Shown piece after piece: positions 57,244-64,000 of a stretch of DNA of 64,000 bases. Source of the DNA: Candidatus Latescibacterota bacterium (lineage in GTDB: Bacteria; Latescibacterota; UBA2968; UBA8231). Below the pieces are notes generated by a model. The model saw only the letters and a program-made list of their open reading frames with translations. It was not told the DNA's origin and searched no databases. The stretch spans positions 5,024,001 through 5,088,000 of the forward strand of contig OZ253462.1 of NCBI GenBank assembly GCA_965261395.1, written 5' to 3'. Position 1 is the first letter of the stretch, and the number at the start of each line of letters is the position of its first letter. Position numbers and translations under genes: made by a program.

Positions 57244-57732
57244 ATGACGCGCAAGGCATTTACCATCGAAGAGGCCAACGCTACACTGCCTCAGCTAGAG
57301 GACGCTCTCCAGCGCATCGAGGTCAAGAAGGGAGCCGCCCGCTACCACGACCAACAGTTGCAAATTCTCGACGCGCTCTGGGGCCAAGCGGTCGCTCGCA
57401 GCACCAACCCCGATCGCGATGCCTTCGACCAGCACCGCCAGCGCATCAACGACCTAATCATCGACATCAAGCACATCGTCGCCGAGGAAATTATCGCCGA
57501 GGGCATCCGCTTCCCGGTCGGCGGCCTCGAACGCGGCCTCCTCGACTTCCCCACGACCTACCAAGGCCGCTGGGTGCTGTTGTGCTGGCAGCGCAGCGAA
57601 CACCAAGTCGCCTATTGGCACGAACTGAACACCGGATACGCAGGTCGCCAAGAGATCACCGCCGAGCACATCATCGCCATGGGCAAGGAAGACGACCCCG
57701 CCACGGTCGATGACTCGGCACTGGACTTCTGA
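57244..57732 (+). CDS. DUF2203 domain protein
   Basis: FTIEEANATLP...GLLDFP...LCWQ-E...YWHE-GYAGRQ. Confidence 0.88.
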   Translation: MTRKAFTIEEANATLPQLEDALQRIEVKKGAARYHDQQLQILDALWGQAVARSTNPDRDAFDQHRQRINDLIIDIKHIVAEEIIAEGIRFPVGGLERGLLDFPTTYQGRWVLLCWQRSEHQVAYWHELNTGYAGRQEITAEHIIAMGKEDDPATVDDSALDF

Positions 57733-57882
57733 TAGCGGCAATTGCCTTGACAGCGTTTCTCGTTTTTGAGTACTTAAAGGATGGCCTTCCCCTAGGCCAT
57801 CGCCTGCTCCCCTAGCATCGCCCGCCCCTCACCTTCTCCCCAGCGGAGCGCCCCCTCCCCAGCGCCCGGCAGGAGCTAGACC

Positions 57883-60800
57883 GTGCGCCTCAATCAACTC
57901 GAAATTTTCGGTTTTAAGTCCTTCGCCCAAAAGATCGTCATTCCCTTTGAGCCGGGCATTACGGCCATCGTCGGCCCCAACGGCTGCGGCAAGTCCAACG
58001 TGGTAGAGGCTATCCGCTGGGTCTTGGGCGAACAGCGCGCTGGCACGTTCCGCAGCCAGCGCATGGAGGACGTGATCTTTGCTGGCACCCGCCAGCGCAA
58101 GGCCCTCGGGATAGCCGAAGTCGCGCTGTCGATTGACAACCGCGATAACGCGCTGTCCGTCGAATTTGCCGAGGTCGTGCTGACCCGGCGTCTCTTCCGC
58201 TCCGGCGAAAGCGATTATCTCCTCAACAAAATCCCCTGCCGCCTCTTGGACATCACTAATCTGCTCATGGATACCGGCCTCGGCCAAGGCACTTATGCGG
58301 TGATGGAGCAGGGTATGGTCGATGAAATCATCAGCGATAAGACCGAAAACCGCCGCCGCATCCTCGAAGAGGCCGCCGGCATCACCAAGTACAAAGTTCG
58401 GCGGCGCTCCACGAGGAACCGCCTAGAGGCCACCCAAGCCGATCTCCAGCGGATTGAAGACATCATCGCCGAGGTCAAACGCCAAGTTGACCATCTCGGC
58501 CGCCAAGTGGGTCGGGCGCGCCGCTACCGCGAACTCAAAGAAGAGTTGGACCAACTCGAAGTGCGCTTGGGGCGCCAGCGCTTCTTCTCCCTAAGTACCC
58601 AAATCTCCCCGCAGCAAGACGAATTCGCAGCACTCAGCAAGGCGGCCGAAGAAGGCTATACCCGCTTCACCAGCCGCGAGGCCGAGCTAGAAAAGGCGCG
58701 CCTCGCGCTGACTGAGGCCGAGAAGGCTATGCAGGAGGCGGGCCTTGAACTCAATCGCCGCATTGAGGCCATCCACGAGCGGGAACAGCTCCTCGTAGCC
58801 GTCCGTGAGCGTCGCGACGCCGCCGAACAAATCCGCGAGCGCACGGCCCGCGAGCGCGCGGATTACAGCAATCAGCTCGAAGCTGTGCAGCAGCAGCGCC
58901 GCGACAATGCCGCGCATCTCGACGAAGCGCGCACGGCCTTTGTGCACATAGAGCGAGAATTGCAGGTTCACCAGCAGCGTGCCGCCCAAGCCGAAGAGGA
59001 ATATGCCAGCTACCGAGCGGAGCTGGACCAACGCCAGCGCGGGCGCATGGAACACCTGCGCCAAGGAGGCGAAATAAGCCGAGCGCTCGAGCGCCAACAG
59101 GCCGAGCGCGACGCCCTCGACGAGCGCGCGGTTGCCATGCGCAGCGAAGAGGAGACAGCCGCGGCCGAGCGCGATCAAGCCCTGCAAGCGGCCGCCGCAG
59201 CCGAAGTCGCCCTCGCGGAAACTCGGCAGCAGCTATCCACTTGCCAGCAACAGCGCGCCGCAGCCCTCGCCGCCCGCGACCAAACCGGGAAAGACCTCCG
59301 CGACCTCGGCGAACAACGCGATGCGGCCCGGCGTGCCGCTGAGGCCAACCAAGCGCGGCTCCAAGTCCTCGAAAAAGTCCGCGCCGGCTACCAAGGCTAT
59401 CAAAGCGGAGTCCGCACCCTGATGCTCGAATCGCCCCACGCCGCCCTCTTCCGCGGCGTACTCGGCGACCTAGTCGAAGTCGAAGCAGAATGCGCCCGCG
59501 CGGTCGAGGTCGCCCTCGGCGAGTCGCTCCAAGCATTGATCGCCCACTCGGATAACGGCTTGCTCAAAGGCATTGCCCATCTCCGGGAGCGGTCCGGGCG
59601 CGTCGGCATTCTCTCGCTAGAGGCCCCCCCTCGCACCCTCGGCCCGCTCTTGGACCCAGATCCCATGCCCGGGCTGCGTGGCCCGCTCTTGGATTACGTG
59701 CGGCCCGAAGCCTCCATCGCCCCCCTGATCGCCGGCCTCTTGCACAACACCTTTCTAGTGGACGACCTGCAAACCGCATTGGCCCTGACGCGCCGCTATC
59801 CGAGCGCCTACGTGCGCTGTGTCACGGCCGATGGCGACGCCGTCGATCTCTTTGGCCTCGCATCGGGCGGCCAGAGCCAAGCCGAGGATTCGGGCGTCCT
59901 CGGCCGCGGGCGGGAAATCCGCACCCTGCGCTCGCTCGTCGCCCACCAAAACGCTCGCTACGCAGCCCTCATCCCCCGACTCGACGCACTCGCAGAGCAA
60001 CTCGACGCGCTCACGCAACGCCTAGAAAACCTAGCTGCCGAGAGCGAAACTTGGCGCGCCAAGGAGCGCGAGCTGGTCCACCAGCACCAGCGTGCACGCG
60101 CTGACGCCGAGCGGCTCACAGCGCGCCTAACGCAACTCCACAGCGAAAGCACCAGCTTGGCCAAGCGCCGCCAAGCCCTCGACCAAAGCATCGCCGAACA
60201 AGCCGAGCACCTGCGCCACAACGAGACCGAGAGCACCCGCCTCAGCGAGGAAAGCAGCGCCTTGGAAGAGGATCTCAAACAGAGCGAAACCCGCCGGCGC
60301 GAGCGGCGCGAAGCACTAGGCACCCTCCAAGTGGAGCACGCCCGCACCGCCGAAATAGTCCAAGGGCTAGACCGCGACGCCAACCGCCTAAAAAACATCG
60401 ACGCCAACCTGCACAATAACATCGAGCGCCTAGAAGCTGAAGGGACCGAGGCCGAGCGCCAGCAGGCCGAGTGCAGTGCGCGCAGCACCGCCTTGACAGA
60501 CGAGCTCAAGGGGCTGCACCAAGGCCGCGAGACCTTGGTCGCGGAGCAAGACCAGCGCCGTCAGCACTGGGCCGCAGCCAATACCCAAAACCGCGAGTTG
60601 CAGGAAAACATTAGCCACTTGCAGCGACAGCTCAACGACCAGCGCGAGCGCCGCACGAGCCTCGAAGTGCGCATCTCCGAGCTGCAGCTACAGACCCAGC
60701 ACATTCGCACGCGCTTGCAGGAGGAGCATCACTGCGATGTCGAGACCATGGGGCCCCTCGACGAACCTATCGACGAGGAAGCTGTGCAACAGCGCATTGA

Positions 60801-61446
60801 TCAACTGCGTCAGTCCCTACATCGCTTGGGCTCGGTACACCTAGGTGTATTGGAAGAACACCAGGAACAAAAGGAGCGCTACGACTTTCTCCGCCAACAG
60901 CGCGACGATCTAGTGATCGCCGCCGAGGATCTGAAGAAAACCCTCGGCCTGATTGACCGCACGGCGCGGCGGATGTTCCTCAAGTCCTTCGAGCAGATCC
61001 GCGAGAAGTTCAAAGGTACCTTTACCCGTTTCTTCCCCGGGGGCGAAGCCGATCTCCGCCTCGAGGAAAACATCGACGCTCTAGAGGCCCACATCGACAT
61101 CATCGCCCGCCCCCGTGGCAAGCGCCTGCAAAACATTGCCCTGCTGTCGGGCGGCGAGCGGGCGCTGACGGCCATCTCCCTGCTCTTTGCCATCTACCAA
61201 GTCAAGCCCAGCCCGTTCTGCATCCTCGACGAGGTCGATGCCCCGCTCGACGACGCCAACATCAACCGCTTCGTGCGCGTGCTCAAGGAATTTGCCAGAG
61301 AGACGCAATTCGTCGTCGTGACGCACAACAAGATCACCATGGCGGCGGCCGACGCTCTGCACGGCGTCACCATGCCCGAGGAAGGGGTTTCTCAGCTCGT
61401 TTCGGTGCGGGTCGAGGGCGAGGAATTAGAAGCCGCGGCGGGCTAG
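57883..61446 (+). CDS. smc: Chromosome segregation protein SMC
   Basis: GFKSFA, GPNGCGKSN, coiled coils, hinge, LSGGE and LDEVDAPLD. Confidence 0.98.
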   Translation: MRLNQLEIFGFKSFAQKIVIPFEPGITAIVGPNGCGKSNVVEAIRWVLGEQRAGTFRSQRMEDVIFAGTRQRKALGIAEVALSIDNRDNALSVEFAEVVLTRRLFRSGESDYLLNKIPCRLLDITNLLMDTGLGQGTYAVMEQGMVDEIISDKTENRRRILEEAAGITKYKVRRRSTRNRLEATQADLQRIEDIIAEVKRQVDHLGRQVGRARRYRELKEELDQLEVRLGRQRFFSLSTQISPQQDEFAALSKAAEEGYTRFTSREAELEKARLALTEAEKAMQEAGLELNRRIEAIHEREQLLVAVRERRDAAEQIRERTARERADYSNQLEAVQQQRRDNAAHLDEARTAFVHIERELQVHQQRAAQAEEEYASYRAELDQRQRGRMEHLRQGGEISRALERQQAERDALDERAVAMRSEEETAAAERDQALQAAAAAEVALAETRQQLSTCQQQRAAALAARDQTGKDLRDLGEQRDAARRAAEANQARLQVLEKVRAGYQGYQSGVRTLMLESPHAALFRGVLGDLVEVEAECARAVEVALGESLQALIAHSDNGLLKGIAHLRERSGRVGILSLEAPPRTLGPLLDPDPMPGLRGPLLDYVRPEASIAPLIAGLLHNTFLVDDLQTALALTRRYPSAYVRCVTADGDAVDLFGLASGGQSQAEDSGVLGRGREIRTLRSLVAHQNARYAALIPRLDALAEQLDALTQRLENLAAESETWRAKERELVHQHQRARADAERLTARLTQLHSESTSLAKRRQALDQSIAEQAEHLRHNETESTRLSEESSALEEDLKQSETRRRERREALGTLQVEHARTAEIVQGLDRDANRLKNIDANLHNNIERLEAEGTEAERQQAECSARSTALTDELKGLHQGRETLVAEQDQRRQHWAAANTQNRELQENISHLQRQLNDQRERRTSLEVRISELQLQTQHIRTRLQEEHHCDVETMGPLDEPIDEEAVQQRIDQLRQSLHRLGSVHLGVLEEHQEQKERYDFLRQQRDDLVIAAEDLKKTLGLIDRTARRMFLKSFEQIREKFKGTFTRFFPGGEADLRLEENIDALEAHIDIIARPRGKRLQNIALLSGGERALTAISLLFAIYQVKPSPFCILDEVDAPLDDANINRFVRVLKEFARETQFVVVTHNKITMAAADALHGVTMPEEGVSQLVSVRVEGEELEAAAG

Positions 61447-61447
61447 C

Positions 61448-62311
61448 TCAATCCCGCCACAGCGACTCGTCGAGCGCGTAGGGATTTTCGGCAATCAATA
61501 AGCGCGCGCGTGCAGCGGTCCTTGCATCGTCCCCGTTGAGGGCCGTCCGCACGATTTGGGGATGCCTCTGGAGAAAGGCACGCATGGCTGCGTGCGGATC
61601 GCGGCGATAATGGGTGAGCAAGGCATGGCGCGCTTCGTCGATCTGCCCCATCGCGCGCAGGCGGTCAAATAGAGCGTCGTCAATCCGCATGAGCGCCCCG
61701 GCCGCAAGGCCCTGTTTTGCGAGTATCTCAAGGCCGCCTTGGCCTCGGTCGATGACATTGGCTGCATACGCTATCCGCCCCCCGCCTGCGGCCACGGCCG
61801 GGATCCAATCGCGCACGTAACTCGACGCCTCGGTCACCAAGTCGGCCACATGCAGCACGTCCATGTCGTTTGCCCGTGGTGTTCGCAGCCTTTGGCCATC
61901 CAACACCACGGTGCGGCCATCCTTGTAAATCAATAGCGACGGCTTCCCCAATCGCTCGGCTACGGTGAGAGAAAAGAACCAGTCTCGGCGCTCGCCACCG
62001 GATACGCCGTTAAAGTGCGCGCCGCTTTCTCGCGCCAGCGCGACCAACCCATCGACAATTTGGCGATACACGGCATTTCCCGCGTATTGCTGCTCCACGC
62101 GCTCCTGCAAGCGCTGCGGAAAGTCCGCGTCCTCTTTGTGCTCGTCAATGAAGGCGAGTACCTGCTGTGCCTGCTCCGACCCTCCATAGAGGTATTCGGT
62201 ATTAATGTAATAGGGGCCTACCGTGCCCGAGGTGTACCAAAACACCTCGCCCGGTGGGGCAAGACGCAACGCTTGCGTATCTAAGAGAGCCGCTATAAGG
62301 TCAAAGGTCAT
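61448..62311 (-). CDS. Orotate phosphoribosyltransferase-like protein
   Basis: FWYTSGTVGPYYIN, SGGERRDWFFS, PRPP-binding HVADLVTEASS and IDR. Confidence 0.75.
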   Translation of the reverse strand: MTFDLIAALLDTQALRLAPPGEVFWYTSGTVGPYYINTEYLYGGSEQAQQVLAFIDEHKEDADFPQRLQERVEQQYAGNAVYRQIVDGLVALARESGAHFNGVSGGERRDWFFSLTVAERLGKPSLLIYKDGRTVVLDGQRLRTPRANDMDVLHVADLVTEASSYVRDWIPAVAAGGGRIAYAANVIDRGQGGLEILAKQGLAAGALMRIDDALFDRLRAMGQIDEARHALLTHYRRDPHAAMRAFLQRHPQIVRTALNGDDARTAARARLLIAENPYALDESLWRD

Positions 62312-62313
62312 TT

Positions 62314-62874
62314 TTAGTTAGGCAGGTCCTCGGCGGGAATGTCTCGTAACTGCGGGTTATTTCGGTCTCGCGGTGAAAGGATCGGCACCCCCTCAATGCC
62401 CCAGTCCAACCCCACATCGGGATCATCCCAAGCCACGCCCCACTCGTCCGTGCCGTCGTAGTAGGCATCGACCAAGTAGAAAAGCAGCACGTCGGTGACA
62501 GCGTAAAAGCCATGCGCTACCCCCGCCGGAATAAAGACGCCCCGCAATACCTCTTGGTCTAACTCGATAACCTGCCCCTGCCCGCGAGTCGGCGAACTGC
62601 GGCGCAGATCGAGTAGCCCCACGCGTAGCGTGCCCATGCCGCAGTGCCAGTAGTCAACTTGGCGATGGTGATAGTGCAGGCCGCGCAGCACCCCCTGTTG
62701 CGACTCCGAGCGGCTCCACTGCACAGCGTCCCAGCCGCGCTGGGGAAACCACTCCTTGCGATACAGCTCGGTAAAGCGGCCCCGCTCGTCGCCGTGCGAC
62801 TGCAATTCGGCGATATAGACACCTTCAATGGCCGTAGAGGGGTGGATCTGGGCCATCTCAAGCTGCCTTGCCAC
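62314..62874 (-). CDS. rfbC: dTDP-4-dehydrorhamnose 3,5-epimerase
   Basis: [30 protein letters not shown] and WDDP-W motifs. Confidence 0.9.
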   Translation of the reverse strand: MARQLEMAQIHPSTAIEGVYIAELQSHGDERGRFTELYRKEWFPQRGWDAVQWSRSESQQGVLRGLHYHHRQVDYWHCGMGTLRVGLLDLRRSSPTRGQGQVIELDQEVLRGVFIPAGVAHGFYAVTDVLLFYLVDAYYDGTDEWGVAWDDPDVGLDWGIEGVPILSPRDRNNPQLRDIPAEDLPN

Positions 62875-63481
62875 AGCATCTTTTGAATTTCTTACCGCTG
62901 CCGCAGGGACACGGGTCGTTGCGACCGACCTTGGGGGCTTCGCGGCGGAAGGTTTCTACCTTGCCGGGAAAGAGCCGACCGCCGTCTAGCATGGTGGCCG
63001 GTTTTTCGCCTTCTAGCGCGGGCCGCGGCGTCTGCAACCACTCCTCGTGCAATTCTTTCATTGCCTCGCTCATCTCCGCTTCACCCAACTCGCCATCGAA
63101 CCCGCGCTCTTGGCAAAAGGCGCTAAAATCGGCCAGCAAGGCCCCCCGTGGCGAGCGCAGCATTTCCTCGACTTGCTGCATGTCAACCCCGGGCGGCAGA
63201 GACTGCTGGAGTTGGTCCAAGTCCAACTCCTCCACCGCGGCAGGTTCTTCGTCGCCTGTATCCGCAGCGGGAGCAGGTGCCACCGCATTGGCGATTTCGG
63301 CCAGTACTTGGCCCATTTCACTGCGATCGGCCTCAGCCTCAGCCGGCAGCACTTGATCGACGATCCAATCTACCTCTTCGCCATCTGTCAACAGCTCGAC
63401 TATCTCTTCAGCCGAGAATTTCTCTACCCCCTTGGCTTGGCACAATGCCTCCAAGCGCGTGACCAACTCTTGCACGAGCAC
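62858..63481 (-). CDS. SEC-C metal-binding domain protein
   Basis: C-terminal [21 protein letters not shown]. Confidence 0.88.
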   Translation of the reverse strand: MLVQELVTRLEALCQAKGVEKFSAEEIVELLTDGEEVDWIVDQVLPAEAEADRSEMGQVLAEIANAVAPAPAADTGDEEPAAVEELDLDQLQQSLPPGVDMQQVEEMLRSPRGALLADFSAFCQERGFDGELGEAEMSEAMKELHEEWLQTPRPALEGEKPATMLDGGRLFPGKVETFRREAPKVGRNDPCPCGSGKKFKRCCGKAA

Positions 63482-63766
63482 ACTCCATTTTCATTGAGAA
63501 ACTAGGCGAATTTACCGGTGCGAAATCTACCGCTTGCCCCTGTACCTGTCAAAAGACGCGCCTCAGAAATCTGAGGATAATCAAATATCTGAGTGGTCCA
63601 TTCGGCTTTTTGTTGCCAAAAACCCCTAAAAACGGCGATAAGAGCCACATTTTCGCCTTAGTGAGGAATGGCACGATTCTTGCTATATACATCGTAGAGA
63701 TAATCGCTTGAGTTGCGTCGCCTTGCCCTCAGCGAGCGGCGCACCCCATCAGAAAGGATCGCAATC

Positions 63767-64000
63767 ATGGAAGCGATGAATGCACTCACGGATAGGGAAA
63801 TTTTGCTGCGGGCCACCGAAGACCAAGGCCATCTCGGCGTGCTGGTCAAACGCTACCGCACCCCCTTGTACAACTTCGTCTATCGCTTTGTCGGCGACCG
63901 AGAAACGGCCGAGGATATCGTCCAAGAGACTTTTCTCCGCTGCCTGCGCCACAGCCACCAGTATCCAGCCATCGAACAGGTTTCCACATGGCTCTACACC
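63767..64000 (+). CDS. ECF-type RNA polymerase sigma-70 factor (partial, runs off the window)
   Basis: Manual translation MEAMNALTDREILL...LVKRYRTPLYNFVYRFVGDRETAEDIVQETFLR...STWLYT (region 2); RBS AAAGGA. Confidence 0.88.
   Translation, partial: MEAMNALTDREILLRATEDQGHLGVLVKRYRTPLYNFVYRFVGDRETAEDIVQETFLRCLRHSHQYPAIEQVSTWLYT

Noticed and set aside
58600-60800. Repetitive-looking sequence as a tandem repeat or CRISPR array
   Set aside because: It is SMC coiled-coil coding sequence; no repeat-spacer array or cas genes were seen anywhere in the window.

Overview
GC-rich bacterial chromosomal segment from a diderm: it carries lptB and an LptC/LptA-like gene. The gene mix (smc, short purH, UvrB/UvrC-motif protein, ComD/E-like pair) would fit a Latescibacterota/Gemmatimonadota-like lineage, but that is inference only. 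Housekeeping blocks (ppk1, GlmU-like, dapAB, purH, rpoN-lptB-pyrG-gatC, smc, pyrE-like, rfbC, partial ECF sigma) are interrupted by two defence islands. Island 1 (~13.0-22.0 kb, all + strand) runs: PIN-toxin remnant and small partner, orphan ABC/AAA_21 ATPase, DUF433/DUF5615 TA pair, then a Type III restriction-modification locus. Its Mod methyltransferase carries an in-frame N-terminal SIR2 (NADase-type) domain resembling those of short-Argonaute systems, and a DUF262-HNH (GmrSD-like) gene sits between mod and res, flanked by a duplicated mod 3' end. The SIR2-Mod fusion is the best candidate for an undescribed system. Island 2 (~33.0-50.5 kb, - strand) is a type-1-like BREX (brxA-like, brxB, brxC, pglX, pglZ, brxL). 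A PHP-ATPase and a Schlafen/AlbA_2-HATPase gene are translationally coupled inside it, and it is driven by a consensus sigma70 promoter next to a 17-bp inverted repeat. Also present: an intact ISKra4-like element with an 8-bp target duplication disrupting a methyltransferase, a ureD/ureF deletion scar, REP-like palindromes and a triple-RidA/ComDE/LarA-like operon. No rRNA, tRNA, CRISPR array or integrase was recognised. All family assignments come from motif recognition by eye, not from database searches.
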